This document shows positions 19,854 through 31,165 of a DNA stretch of 64,000 nucleotides, one piece after another. Position 1 is the first letter of the stretch, and the number at the start of each line of letters is the position of its first letter. The stretch lies in the sequence record LR756504.1, one strand, 5' to 3'. The notes beneath the pieces were generated by a model. It was not told the DNA's origin. It ran no database searches and saw nothing but the letters and a program-made list of their open reading frames with translations. Position numbers and translations under genes: made by a program.

Positions 19854-22800
19854 TTAAATGAACGCTTCTAATTCGATTGAATATGTTCTTTTTACTGTAT
19901 AGTTTGCACCATATCCATTTTCACAATTTACTTCAACTAAAATAAATGGGTCCATTATCCTATCTACAGCAAAGTTCAATGGTTTCATGTCCGTTTTCAA
20001 ATGGTTGATTATTCTAACGCTTTTTAATTTAAAATTTGGATCTTTAAAATTTGGATTAGCTGCAAATGTCATAATTTTTACTGTATAAAAATATGGTTTA
20101 AATTCTTCTGAATTAGTGAAAAATTCTAAGTGAATATTATATGTTCTCGAATTATTTTCAACTGGTTGTAAATACCCTTCTATTTTAAAGTCGACTGGTG
20201 TTAACATTTCTTTAATATGGAATTTTCTACTATGTTTAACATCGTGCCATAGTTCGGTATTGTGTGAAGTGTCACCTCTACCCGTTATATCTTTTATACG
20301 TGTTCCTATAGGCATTATCTTATCTCTTAACCATTTCTTCAATCCTAATAATTTAGTGATAACTTCATCTAATGAATATGCCAGTATTATATTACCATCT
20401 TTGTCGGTTATTCTATATGTTAAATTAAATAACCTGGTTTTCTCGTATCTAAAATTTGGAAGGGATTGTATGATATAATCATTAGCTGTCCAACCAGGTA
20501 CAGTATTATCGAATATGTCAGGAATTTCTACTTTGTGTAATTTGTTAAAATTTTTAGATTTACTATCTATGTTTTTATAGTATTCATATAATTCTAAATC
20601 ATTGTATCCAAAGTAATTGATAGCATTTATAAGAGCTTTATAAGAACCTAAATAATTATAAATTTCTGGATATACTAATAGCATTTCTTTTCTTTTTTGG
20701 TTCAAAAATATCCAATCAATACCATTTTCTTTTATGTCATACTCTTTGAATATAAATACGTCCCTATGGTTTATATTATATCCAAAATTATTTAACATTA
20801 CATTAAATCTTTCATCTTCTATTTCTGTTTGTCCTTTTAAAGATATACGTGCTATTTCTTGTGGAATAACTTCTATATTAATTTCTATTGCTACAACTTT
20901 TGTTTTAAATGGTGGAATTATATTTTTAGTTGTGGTTAATGTTGTTTCAGTTTTAATATCTTTATTTAAAGGTCTAAATCTCATTAAAGCAACATTAACT
21001 AAAGTTATCTCTCCTTCGAATCCTGAATTTTTAAATACTGCTTGATTCAATTTACTTGTAATATCTTTACCCGTAATTCTAACTCTTTGTCCAACTTTAA
21101 ATCCTGCTTGAATAAAATTTATTGTAGGTTCAGTGACATATAATTCTTGTCTATCATTATTGAATTCACAAACATCTTTCCATACTTCTTGAAATGAATT
21201 ATTTATTATTTTTCTTGTTGTAATAGTTTGATTGATATTTTCTAATCTCTGTATTAATAAAGTTCTTCTATTTACACCTTCATCTAATGATTTATATCCC
21301 ATGAATACTTGAAGTGGGACTGGTAAAGGATTTAAATCTTGTTCAGAATCTATAAGTTTAAGATTAAATGTGAGATCATTGAATATTGTTTGTTGATATT
21401 TTAAATCAGTTATTTTACTAATATCTCTGTTTGGGCTGTCATTTAAATAAACATTATTATCAGTATCAATTAAAGGTGTTATTCCTTTATATTGATAAAT
21501 TCCTTCGTCTGTTATTTTTAGTTGTTCTCCCGAAAAATCATAAAAGAATACTGATATATCATCATCCTCCAACCAAGTCATTTTGAATTGAACAGGTGCT
21601 TCACCATCAAATCTTTCTCTTGGGTATCTTAAAAATTCTCTTGTACTTAATGTGACAGTATTTACAACAGGTACATCCAATAATCTTGTAAATTCTATAT
21701 TATCCATAGCAACATAACCATTAGATAATCCTGATGCAAAAACAATTTTAATATTTGTAGATGGTATGTCTATATCTATATTAAACGTTCCGAAACTAGT
21801 TTGTATATTTTGGTATAATAGTGTAAATGTCGTTGGTCCATATACTTTATATATTGAAACTGAACCAGGTACATAAGTACCTGATGTGCTACCAAAGTAA
21901 CCACTAGTACCATTATTATATGTAGTATATTTGAAATTATATTTTCCGTGTGATGCTGCAAATATAGGTGTGCTAATACCTAAATTTTCAAAGAATTCAA
22001 CTTTCTCATTGAATACTTGATAAACATCATTGTAAACCCACCAAGCAGAACTATTACTTCCGAATGTTGGATTATCAATTAAATTTACACCTATACCAGA
22101 TGATGAATTATCATAAGTGTTCCAAACAAAACTACTTCTAGTTTCTATATAACTATTAGTATCAGTATTATCCCAAAATGGTCCTTGATAACTTAAACCA
22201 AGTGTTATAGGTTCAACTAAAATAATATTATATTCTTGGTTATTTAATGGATAAATAGAACCATTTATAGCAGTAACCATTCCTGTACCAAAACCAATTT
22301 CTTGGAAGTCTGCACCAGATACTAAATTAACTTCATTTCCAGCTAAAATGATACCACTGTTACCAGGCCTCCAATTAGTAATGATATAAAGTTCACTACC
22401 TGGCGTTGGATTTTTACCTACCCATACAGTATAATTAAAATTTGTTTTTTCCCTGAGTGTAGATAATCTTAAAATATTATTATTTAAATCAATAAAGGAT
22501 GTTCCACTTGTGCTATCTTGAAAATGATCAATTATTATTTCTTGGTCGATTAATGTAGCTTCCCACTCGTCTTTCCATGCCGCTATAGTAGTAGGTATTG
22601 ATCCTTGATATGTAATTGAGTAAGGTTGTCTATTAATTGTTATAGTTAATATTGTTCCAATTTCTTTAAATTCAATATCTGAGTGTAAAATTTTATGATT
22701 ATTAAGTGTTCCATTAACCTCATAGTCAATATGAACATTTGGATATTTTGATTGAAGTACTATTGTATCATATTTTGGATTTCCTTGTACATAACTTTCT

Positions 22801-25800
22801 TCACTTTTTTCAAGCCATGTTAAAATACCAAGTGATTCCAATACTTCAAAGTATCTTCTTCCAACTTCAGTATTATCTGGAAATGTTTTATCTTGTGTTA
22901 ATGTAAATTTAGTTGTTCCCCAATTGAATAAAGTTTCTTCTATATCAACAATATTGTCCTCTGTCGGAGATAAAATTGTTGTCACGTTATCAAAAGTAAC
23001 TGGATAATCAATGCCATTTATTTTCATTAAGAATCCGAATTCATTATCAATATCTTTAATTATTATTTTTCTTTCCCAAAGTTGCGAAATGCTTCTTGGT
23101 TTATTATATTTACCATAAGTGTGATTATATTCTGTTATAAGAGTTTCAACAGTATTTAATAAATCTACTGTTTTGTAATCATTTATTGGTGTTATTACTT
23201 CATATGTAGGTGGTACATTAGTGCCTGCTGTACCATTAGTGGCAGCCATAGCTAAAAATTCGTTAACAGCTATTGTATTATCTTTAAAGAAAGTTATATC
23301 AATATAATCATCATTAGATGTATTTGATTCTACTAAATAATTTCTAGCAAAACAAAGCTCAGTTAAATCTTGATATAAATCAATTCCATATCCAGCAAGT
23401 CCTTGTGTAAAATTAGAAATAAATCTAGATATTAATATATCAGTTGTGGCATTTACATCACCATTTTGTACAAAAGATACAACATTGTCATTTAAGTAAC
23501 AATCTGCTATTATGTTTTCTTTGAATTCTAATATATTAGTAGGATTGGATTCATCATTTGAATCAACCCATACTATTTTTTTATCATCGGGTAGTACATA
23601 CCAATTAGCTGCTTCATTGGGATATGTTCCTGTGAAATATACTATATGAAAATTGCCTTGTGATTTTCTATAGTGTACATAACCATTAAATAAACTATTA
23701 TCAATAACTACCCATTCGTCACCAACCACACCATATTTAGGTTTATTATCAGTTAATATACCATTGTGTAATATAAATTGTTTAGGTGTTGTTGTATTTA
23801 TAATATTTGTTAATTCAAATTTATAATTAGTTTTTTCCCATATCCAAACTTCTTTATCTACTGATATAGCAGCAATACCAACCACAGTATCTCTTATAGC
23901 TTTTGCTAAATTAAAAGCACCTTCTTCTAAAGTATTACCCCTCAACCAATCAACGCCTTCTTTTAAATTATATGATGATGTAGAATTTATTAAAATAGAA
24001 AATGTTATTGATTTTATAAGTTTATAATCAATTAATTCTATTCTATATCCACTTTCATCGTTAGTTTGTGGTGTTAATATGTTTTTAGCTTGATCTACTA
24101 GTATACATTTAAATTGGAAGTTCAAATTATTTTCAGTAATTAAGTTTTCAAAATAAAATCCTAAATCTGGTTTTAATAAATTTGGAGTATAATCTTTATT
24201 AGATAATTTCTCCCATACTAAAATATCTCTATTATTTAAAAAAGCATTTTCAGAAGATTTTGGAAGAAAATCAACTGGCGTAGAAGAAATTAAAACTCTA
24301 TTTGTTTTAAATTTAACATCAATTTTAAATCCGTATTTAACATCAGGAATTAGAACATTTATATCAACGCAGTTTATTTTTATAATTTTTGATATAATGT
24401 CATTACTAATGTCATCATTAATATAATTAACTGTATAAACACCATCATTTTTTTGTGAATTGATGATTGTTAATTTTTTCTTATCATATAATAGTGCTTT
24501 ATATTCTTGTTCGTTCCATTCAGAATTATACAATTGTGTATCAAATAATTTTATTAAATTAATACATTTTACTATACCTTGTGGTATTTTTTTAATTGCA
24601 TTGAGTAAATTTCTAAATTCTCCAAAATTATAATCTTGTCCTAAACTTCCCGCAGTACCATATTGACTACTATAAGTAGAGTTTGGCGTATCCGTTATTA
24701 CCATAATAGCATCTTTTCTATTACCAACGACTGTATAAGTTTTTAAGCCTGATGTTGTGAAAGATGAAAAATCTGCTATTGGTTGTTGCGAAAGATAAAA
24801 ACCATTTGTATCCAATTCAACTGAATAAACATCCTGAAAATATATTTCAGATCCTAGTGGAATCTTTATTTGAATATCATTTCCTTCTATCCATTTAGTA
24901 TAAAAATTAGCATCAGTATTAACAGCTTTTATGTTTGTTATTAAAATATCATCTGCCCATTTTTTTTCAAAATCAACACCATGTTCATTGAATATTTGCA
25001 TTTTATCCAATATTAAATCTTCTGATGTTAATTTTATAGGCTCTACTTTTTCTAAAACATATAAACCTACTGTTTTAAATGTGTCGGAGCTATTTGGATT
25101 GAATATCATATCACCTTCCCATCTATTCACACCATCATTATTAATAAACTCGAAATTTAAATTATCACCCTCTTTATTAAAAAACATTAAATTAGGAGTT
25201 ACATCAGATTCATATTTTTTACCAAATACCGAATTATGTACAGATATTATACAATTTTTAGTTAATTTTATAGTATTAATACCATTTGTAACAGAACATT
25301 CAATTAAAGAACGTACTTTAAAATTTTCAATTAATAAAGTATTACCATTACTACCAGCCGATTTACCATTAACTTTCCATGTATATCCTTGAGCAGGAAA
25401 TGTTGTATTTATATTGAAAGTAATGTTAGTATTATAATTAGTATAATCTGGTCCTATTATTTCAGTTGGAAATTCGAAAACATTAAAATTAATTGAATTG
25501 AAATATTTCAAGTTCCATGATGTACCAGAATCTTCAAAAACGCTTACTGATACAGTTCTTGCACCAGATCTGTAGAAAACTGTGGAAACTGGGTCACTAA
25601 AGCCTATAATTTCAAACAGTTTTTGATCTGATGTGCCTACATATCCTTCATCGAAGTTCCATATCCATTTTTCTGTACCATTTAGTATTAAGGGTGCTGT
25701 TGAAGCTGAACCATCTTCGTAAGTGAAAAATACCTCTTCTTTAATATTTACGTGATTTATATCGAAAGGCTCATTATTTTTATTTATGGTTAGTATATTA

Positions 25801-25805
25801 ATCAC
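19854..25805 (-). CDS. Giant virion structural protein, baseplate-wedge-like
   Basis: 1983 aa, beta-rich with an N-terminal PKD-like segment (WIWNFDEG, YTWKVNG); C-terminal YLGSYKALINAINYFGY..L..YEYY resembles myophage baseplate wedge proteins; late motif upstream. Confidence 0.55.
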   Translation of the reverse strand: MINILTINKNNEPFDINHVNIKEEVFFTYEDGSASTAPLILNGTEKWIWNFDEGYVGTSDQKLFEIIGFSDPVSTVFYRSGARTVSVSVFEDSGTSWNLKYFNSINFNVFEFPTEIIGPDYTNYNTNITFNINTTFPAQGYTWKVNGKSAGSNGNTLLIENFKVRSLIECSVTNGINTIKLTKNCIISVHNSVFGKKYESDVTPNLMFFNKEGDNLNFEFINNDGVNRWEGDMIFNPNSSDTFKTVGLYVLEKVEPIKLTSEDLILDKMQIFNEHGVDFEKKWADDILITNIKAVNTDANFYTKWIEGNDIQIKIPLGSEIYFQDVYSVELDTNGFYLSQQPIADFSSFTTSGLKTYTVVGNRKDAIMVITDTPNSTYSSQYGTAGSLGQDYNFGEFRNLLNAIKKIPQGIVKCINLIKLFDTQLYNSEWNEQEYKALLYDKKKLTIINSQKNDGVYTVNYINDDISNDIISKIIKINCVDINVLIPDVKYGFKIDVKFKTNRVLISSTPVDFLPKSSENAFLNNRDILVWEKLSNKDYTPNLLKPDLGFYFENLITENNLNFQFKCILVDQAKNILTPQTNDESGYRIELIDYKLIKSITFSILINSTSSYNLKEGVDWLRGNTLEEGAFNLAKAIRDTVVGIAAISVDKEVWIWEKTNYKFELTNIINTTTPKQFILHNGILTDNKPKYGVVGDEWVVIDNSLFNGYVHYRKSQGNFHIVYFTGTYPNEAANWYVLPDDKKIVWVDSNDESNPTNILEFKENIIADCYLNDNVVSFVQNGDVNATTDILISRFISNFTQGLAGYGIDLYQDLTELCFARNYLVESNTSNDDYIDITFFKDNTIAVNEFLAMAATNGTAGTNVPPTYEVITPINDYKTVDLLNTVETLITEYNHTYGKYNKPRSISQLWERKIIIKDIDNEFGFLMKINGIDYPVTFDNVTTILSPTEDNIVDIEETLFNWGTTKFTLTQDKTFPDNTEVGRRYFEVLESLGILTWLEKSEESYVQGNPKYDTIVLQSKYPNVHIDYEVNGTLNNHKILHSDIEFKEIGTILTITINRQPYSITYQGSIPTTIAAWKDEWEATLIDQEIIIDHFQDSTSGTSFIDLNNNILRLSTLREKTNFNYTVWVGKNPTPGSELYIITNWRPGNSGIILAGNEVNLVSGADFQEIGFGTGMVTAINGSIYPLNNQEYNIILVEPITLGLSYQGPFWDNTDTNSYIETRSSFVWNTYDNSSSGIGVNLIDNPTFGSNSSAWWVYNDVYQVFNEKVEFFENLGISTPIFAASHGKYNFKYTTYNNGTSGYFGSTSGTYVPGSVSIYKVYGPTTFTLLYQNIQTSFGTFNIDIDIPSTNIKIVFASGLSNGYVAMDNIEFTRLLDVPVVNTVTLSTREFLRYPRERFDGEAPVQFKMTWLEDDDISVFFYDFSGEQLKITDEGIYQYKGITPLIDTDNNVYLNDSPNRDISKITDLKYQQTIFNDLTFNLKLIDSEQDLNPLPVPLQVFMGYKSLDEGVNRRTLLIQRLENINQTITTRKIINNSFQEVWKDVCEFNNDRQELYVTEPTINFIQAGFKVGQRVRITGKDITSKLNQAVFKNSGFEGEITLVNVALMRFRPLNKDIKTETTLTTTKNIIPPFKTKVVAIEINIEVIPQEIARISLKGQTEIEDERFNVMLNNFGYNINHRDVFIFKEYDIKENGIDWIFLNQKRKEMLLVYPEIYNYLGSYKALINAINYFGYNDLELYEYYKNIDSKSKNFNKLHKVEIPDIFDNTVPGWTANDYIIQSLPNFRYEKTRLFNLTYRITDKDGNIILAYSLDEVITKLLGLKKWLRDKIMPIGTRIKDITGRGDTSHNTELWHDVKHSRKFHIKEMLTPVDFKIEGYLQPVENNSRTYNIHLEFFTNSEEFKPYFYTVKIMTFAANPNFKDPNFKLKSVRIINHLKTDMKPLNFAVDRIMDPFILVEVNCENGYGANYTVKRTYSIELEAFI

Positions 25806-25824
25806 AAACTTCTACACTTTTTGT

Positions 25825-25833
25825 TATATATTA
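25825..25833 (-). promoter_or_regulatory. Putative late promoter TAATATATA
   Basis: Exact motif ~20 nt upstream of the GTG start at 25805. Confidence 0.55.
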
Positions 25834-25864
25834 AAATAATATATTCTTTACTTATTGAAAAATG

Positions 25865-25896
25865 TTTGGATTTTTACATTTTTATTCATATATTTG
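25865..25896 (+). promoter_or_regulatory. Bacteroidota-type promoter
   Basis: TTTG - 20 nt - TATATTTG (25889). Confidence 0.7.
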
Positions 25897-25933
25897 TAAG
25901 AATTCAACATTTTAAACAATAATCTCTTTTAAA

Positions 25934-27895
25934 ATGCCTAAACAAATAATACTCAGTGATGAATTGGTATCGGTTTTAAAATCTATCGATCATAGATTCT
26001 CTACAATACTTATTGATTCACATGAAAATAAGGAAGAAGTGGTTGATAATTCTTATATAGCTTTTTCTAAGGAAGAAGGTGAAGTATCATATTTACCAGT
26101 AAAGCGAGAAAATTCTAAAAATGGAAAAGAGTTAACTGAAAGTGATAAATGGCTAACTGGTAGACAGTCCATGTCTATTGGAAAATGGGTAAGAGCAATT
26201 TTACAAATTAAAGGTGTCCAATATAAAGAGTTTGAATTGGAAGAATTTGTAAATCAATATAAATATCAACAATTTGATTTTAATTTTATTTTAGTTAAAG
26301 GTCAAGATATTGTTAAATGGTACAAAGAAAAAAATTACGATAATCGGTATGGTAGTGGTAGTCTTTTTAATAGTTGTATGAGAGCCGTAAGCTCGGACTA
26401 TTTCAAAATTTATAGAGATAACGAAAATGTTTCCATGTTGTGTCTAATAAATAAAGAAACAAAGAAACTTATTGGTAGAGCTATTGTATGGGATAAAACT
26501 TCTATCAATGGCGAAGATTCGGTATTTTTAGATAGAATATACACAACAAAATCTCTATTTGAATCAGCAGTTAAAAATTATTGTAAAAGTAGAGGTTGGT
26601 ATTTTAAAAATAATCAAGGTAGTGGAAATGTATCTATTAGTAATGGTAAAAAAACTATAGAAAATCCAAATATTATATTTCATCTAAATGAAAAAATAAA
26701 TTGGGAAAATTGTCCTAAAATGCCATATATTGATACAATGTCATTTTTTGGATATATTTCTAATAATGATAAATGTTTACCAGTTCTTACTTCATATAAT
26801 AAATGTAATTTTAAATTTAATTTTAAAGGTACTGATGGAAATATTTATGATAATGTAAATTATGATAGTAGAAGAGACTTACTTAATAGGAGATTGACTG
26901 TTGGTGATTTAATTTTAATTAAATATGATAATGGATATGCTTGGATTGACGATACTGATTATGGAAGAGTATATCAAGAGAATTTTATATTTAATATTAA
27001 ATTGATCAAAGGTAGTGATGAATTGATAACTGTTAAAGGCGTAAAGAAAAATTTAAAATCTAAATTTAATCATAGTGATACTAATATAATATCACATATT
27101 GGTGATGTAGTCCCAACAGAATATCATGTATATTTATTTGATTTATTTAAAGATGATTTAATTTTTGAAGTAGATAATACTTATCAATATTTAAAACAAT
27201 ATACTCAATTTAAATTATATTCTATATGTTCAGAACATTTTAAAATGGTTCTTGATGAAGCACCACAGACAGTAATTTCGAGTGATATTACACAACTATC
27301 TAAAGAGCTATTAAATATAATTTTAGAAAAAAATCCAGAAATTATATTTAATATTGATATTCAAAAATTTATTAGAACTCAACATTTATTTGAAGAGACG
27401 GTTATTCAAAAATATATTATAAAATATCCCGATTTGTCTTTAATCGAAGGTAAAATAGCTATAAAGGTATCTAAAAAAATAATTGAAAAAATATGCAAGT
27501 CTAATATGTATAAAGTCACTAAAAATGAAATAGAAAATAAGTATGGTGTATCGAAATGTTTTTTAACAGATAGTGGTGATGATGATATTTATATTCAAGC
27601 TGAACCATATTGGTTTACTTGTTTATCACTTAAAACTAAAGTAAAACGTTTGCGAGAATTAAGTAAAATAGAAAAACTTATAAAATTTATAACTAAAGAT
27701 AAATCTATACCATATGATTATGGTGAAGTTATTGGTGTAAATGATGGATATAGAAGAGATTCCATTCGAGTTAAATTTAAAAATGGTGATGTTTATTGTT
27801 CAGTTAAAGAATTAACAATTTTAGAAAGAGATTTAAAAGAAAACTTCTATCAATATTTAAATACGCAATCACACTATGATATGTTTAGATTTTAG
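25934..27895 (+). CDS. SCM/GRAIVW/DRIY family paralogue 2
   Basis: SLFNSCMR, GRAIVW, FLDRIY, GWYFK, PYIDTM; leaderless. Confidence 0.85.
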   Translation: MPKQIILSDELVSVLKSIDHRFSTILIDSHENKEEVVDNSYIAFSKEEGEVSYLPVKRENSKNGKELTESDKWLTGRQSMSIGKWVRAILQIKGVQYKEFELEEFVNQYKYQQFDFNFILVKGQDIVKWYKEKNYDNRYGSGSLFNSCMRAVSSDYFKIYRDNENVSMLCLINKETKKLIGRAIVWDKTSINGEDSVFLDRIYTTKSLFESAVKNYCKSRGWYFKNNQGSGNVSISNGKKTIENPNIIFHLNEKINWENCPKMPYIDTMSFFGYISNNDKCLPVLTSYNKCNFKFNFKGTDGNIYDNVNYDSRRDLLNRRLTVGDLILIKYDNGYAWIDDTDYGRVYQENFIFNIKLIKGSDELITVKGVKKNLKSKFNHSDTNIISHIGDVVPTEYHVYLFDLFKDDLIFEVDNTYQYLKQYTQFKLYSICSEHFKMVLDEAPQTVISSDITQLSKELLNIILEKNPEIIFNIDIQKFIRTQHLFEETVIQKYIIKYPDLSLIEGKIAIKVSKKIIEKICKSNMYKVTKNEIENKYGVSKCFLTDSGDDDIYIQAEPYWFTCLSLKTKVKRLRELSKIEKLIKFITKDKSIPYDYGEVIGVNDGYRRDSIRVKFKNGDVYCSVKELTILERDLKENFYQYLNTQSHYDMFRF

Positions 27896-27916
27896 ATAAT
27901 TTTAAAAGGTTTATTT

Positions 27917-28222
27917 ATGGTAAAAATTGAAAATAGTAAAATTGACTTCATAAGAGGTAAAAAATATGTATTCAAAATGTTTATGTATTACCTTAATTTT
28001 AGAATGAAAGAAAAAATGCCAAATAGAGTTATTGCTATGGTGGAAGTTGGAATATCCATTGGACCAAGACTTAACAACATAGTTTATTTTTCAGCAACTA
28101 CTGAATTTATAAGAGTAGATGGTGTTTATAAATTGAAAATTGATACAAAGTTAGAAAAAATATTAAACGAAAGATTCACAATCAAAGAATTATTTAAAAA
28201 AGTCGAAGAAAACTTAAACTAA
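27917..28222 (+). CDS. Hypothetical protein
   Basis: 101-aa co-oriented ORF. Confidence 0.55.
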   Translation: MVKIENSKIDFIRGKKYVFKMFMYYLNFRMKEKMPNRVIAMVEVGISIGPRLNNIVYFSATTEFIRVDGVYKLKIDTKLEKILNERFTIKELFKKVEENLN

Positions 28223-28234
28223 TGAAATAAGAGT

Positions 28235-29377
28235 TTGTATAATAACAAAATTAAACAAAACTCAATGATTATAAATCTTAAAAATCCCACAGACTTATCT
28301 GGTATATATTTTGTATATAAAGGCTCTATTAACTTAGAAAAAAAAGGTTGGTACGGCATTAGTCATTTTATGGAGCATATGTTTTGCAAAAATTTTGATG
28401 ATTTACAAAATGTCTTACAAGAAAATGGTATATCGTGGAATGCTTATACAGATAATAATGAGATAGTTTTTTATTTTACAGGATTAGAGAAATATTTAGC
28501 ACCTTTTAGAAGCATTTTAATAGAGAGGTTATCATATTTTACTCCTACACCAGAAGATTGTGAAAAAGAAAAGAAAATTGTTCTCGAAGAATATATGGAT
28601 GGTTTTACTGAACAGTATTCGTCACATAGCGAAAATTTCTTTAGAAGATATTATGGATCTTATAGCCCTATTGGATTAAAAGAGGATATTGAAAATTTTA
28701 CATATCAAGATTGCTTAGACTTCTTTAAACTACAGTATCAAGAGCCTGATTGTATCGTTAATATTTCAAAAACATTTGAGCTTACGGATGCTAATATTGG
28801 TTTTAAGGATAGAGGTGGATTACTTTTATCTGATTGGAAATTTTCAAAAGATATTATTTTAGAACCAGGTAATTTCCCAGGAGATAAAACTGGTATTATA
28901 TGGAATAAGCCATTACCAGTAGGAACGGAAGATTATCCTGTTATAATGTTTATCAATAGCATGTTAATTAGTGGTTTGAATTCACCACTATATCAAGAAA
29001 TTAGAGAGAAAAGAGGACTTGTATACTATTTACATTGTCATTCATCGAAATTAGGGACTCTTCCTTATTTGAATATTTCTACAATGACAAGTGATAAAAA
29101 TGTAAATGAATTAGAATCTGTTTTAGCAGAAGTGCTTTCAAATAAAGAAAAATATCTAACTCCGCAAAGACTTGAGTTAGTTAGAAAGAGTAGTCTTATA
29201 TTGAGAGAGAAAAAAGATATAAATAGATATACAGACATATCAGATATTATTAATCCTGATATAGCTAAATTGAATGAAAAAATTGAAACTTTAACATTGG
29301 ATGAAATATATCAAGTGTATGATAAACATTTTTCATTGGATGGATTTATTAAAAATAGAGATAAAGAACTTATATGA
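28235..29377 (+). CDS. M16 (insulinase/pitrilysin) family peptidase
   Basis: Inverted zinc motif GISHFMEHM, NAYT, EKKIVLEEY, LYQEIREKRGLVY. Confidence 0.9.
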   Translation: MYNNKIKQNSMIINLKNPTDLSGIYFVYKGSINLEKKGWYGISHFMEHMFCKNFDDLQNVLQENGISWNAYTDNNEIVFYFTGLEKYLAPFRSILIERLSYFTPTPEDCEKEKKIVLEEYMDGFTEQYSSHSENFFRRYYGSYSPIGLKEDIENFTYQDCLDFFKLQYQEPDCIVNISKTFELTDANIGFKDRGGLLLSDWKFSKDIILEPGNFPGDKTGIIWNKPLPVGTEDYPVIMFINSMLISGLNSPLYQEIREKRGLVYYLHCHSSKLGTLPYLNISTMTSDKNVNELESVLAEVLSNKEKYLTPQRLELVRKSSLILREKKDINRYTDISDIINPDIAKLNEKIETLTLDEIYQVYDKHFSLDGFIKNRDKELI

Positions 29378-29643
29378 TAACACAAATAATATTATTTTCT
29401 ATATTCTTTAATTTGGGCGCAGGATACTGGCTATTTAATAGGCTTGGAATCATTCATTCGAATCGTAATATGATAAGTTTAATAATAGTATTCTTTTTAT
29501 TAAATGTTATAATAAGTCTATTTTTATTAATTATGTATGGTGTAATATTATATGTGTGTATACAAAGGCAATTTGATATAGATGAATTATTAGATCATAT
29601 TAAAGAGAAAGTACACGAAGAACGAGATAAAAATTCAAAATAA
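29374..29643 (+). CDS. Small membrane protein
   Basis: Two long hydrophobic segments; ATGA overlap with the previous stop. Confidence 0.65.
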   Translation: MITQIILFSIFFNLGAGYWLFNRLGIIHSNRNMISLIIVFFLLNVIISLFLLIMYGVILYVCIQRQFDIDELLDHIKEKVHEERDKNSK

Positions 29644-29746
29644 TTTTGTTATAAGGAACTGATATTCAGTTCCTTATTTTTTACTTTATTACCATGATAC
29701 AAACTTTATTTATTTTTTTTCTATAATAAGAAAATAATGTTTAAAA

Positions 29747-30106
29747 ATGGCAAAAAATGTGTTAACACAAGGACAAGGACATATATCAAATGTTCAATAT
29801 AGTTCTTCTTATGGTTCAATAACTAACAACTCAACAGCATCGAATACTTTCGGTCATGGTTATGGATATGTTGGTTCATGGACTAATCCACTAGAAATTC
29901 TTGAAGACAAGTCAATAAATTTAGAAAAACTTGATGAAATGTCTTCTGAAAGAAGAAAGTCAATTCTTTCTATTATATCATATTTAGCAGTATCTACAGA
30001 TTCTAATGTTAGAAAATTACTTTTAAATACCTTAGAATCTTACAACATATTAGAAGATAGAGACGTAGTTTCAAGAAAGGCAAAAATAGAATCAGTTGTA
30101 AAATGA
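29747..30106 (+). CDS. Hypothetical protein
   Basis: G/S/Y-rich N-terminal half; ends RKAKIESVVK. Confidence 0.6.
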   Translation: MAKNVLTQGQGHISNVQYSSSYGSITNNSTASNTFGHGYGYVGSWTNPLEILEDKSINLEKLDEMSSERRKSILSIISYLAVSTDSNVRKLLLNTLESYNILEDRDVVSRKAKIESVVK

Positions 30107-30309
30107 TAGAAAAATATTATTTAAATATTAGTAAAGTTGACGAAATTCAATCAAATATTACAAAGGAATGGATACTTAGGTTATATGAAAATATGATAAC
30201 CTATCGCTATGAAAATAGAATTAATGAAAGTAATGCATATTTTAATACTCTTTATTATAGTGGATATTTAGAGAATATAAGAGAAGAAAAAATTAAAGCA
30301 GTTCTTTAA
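30103..30309 (+). CDS. Hypothetical protein
   Basis: ATGA overlap; ends REEKIKAVL. Confidence 0.6.
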   Translation: MIEKYYLNISKVDEIQSNITKEWILRLYENMITYRYENRINESNAYFNTLYYSGYLENIREEKIKAVL

Positions 30310-30341
30310 TTTTTTCAATGTTTAACTAAAATGTAAAAATT

Positions 30342-31106
30342 ATGAGAAAATGTACAATTTTATTTTTATTAACAATCTTATTATTAGGAGCACAAACAAA
30401 ATCTCCTGTAGTTGTTGATAAAAATGTAATGTCGATGAATCCTAACAATGTTGTTTGTGAAGAAATCGGTAAAAAAATTGAAGAAGTACAAAAAATAAAC
30501 GTTATAAAGCCTATAACTAAAGTAAAAAAGAAAGGTAAAAAAGCTGTAAAAAGGAAACCAACCTTTCATAAATTTGAATCTAATTATTGTAAGCTTACTA
30601 CAAAAGATTTATCAATTAATTATGAAATGATTGAAGTTAATGTTTTGAATAGTTTTGATATTTTATACGACTCGCTTCCATTAGATTCAAATAAATTAAA
30701 TTTTTTAATTGAAATAACAATGGCAGAATCAAGATTGGGTTATTATACCAATCATTTTAAACAGGGTGGTACAAAAGGTAAAGGCCCTTGGCAAATCGAT
30801 AGATGTGCATTTAATGCTACAAAAGATGTTATAAATCATCCTCACCTTAAACCTTATTTAGATAGAATAAAACAAAAAACTGGTATAGATTGGAGAACTC
30901 AAGTTCAGTGGGAACACTGTAATTATGTTTTCTTTGGTGCAATAACAGCACAATTATTATTAATAATAAAGAGATTAGATATTCATGATAGTATCCATTC
31001 TAGGTCTAAGCAATGGAAAGTTCATTATAATACTTATTTAGGTAAAGGTAGACCACAAGATTATTTAAATAGAGTATCTGAGGTAAGAACTAAACTTAGT
31101 ATATAA
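30342..31106 (+). CDS. Secreted lysozyme-fold (transglycosylase-like) protein
   Basis: Signal peptide; TMAESRLG (candidate catalytic Glu), GPWQI, WKVHYNTYLGKG. Confidence 0.55.
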   Translation: MRKCTILFLLTILLLGAQTKSPVVVDKNVMSMNPNNVVCEEIGKKIEEVQKINVIKPITKVKKKGKKAVKRKPTFHKFESNYCKLTTKDLSINYEMIEVNVLNSFDILYDSLPLDSNKLNFLIEITMAESRLGYYTNHFKQGGTKGKGPWQIDRCAFNATKDVINHPHLKPYLDRIKQKTGIDWRTQVQWEHCNYVFFGAITAQLLLIIKRLDIHDSIHSRSKQWKVHYNTYLGKGRPQDYLNRVSEVRTKLSI

Positions 31107-31165
31107 GTTAACAATTATAAAACTTTAACTATCTCCATTACTATAAGTAGTGGAGATTTTATTTT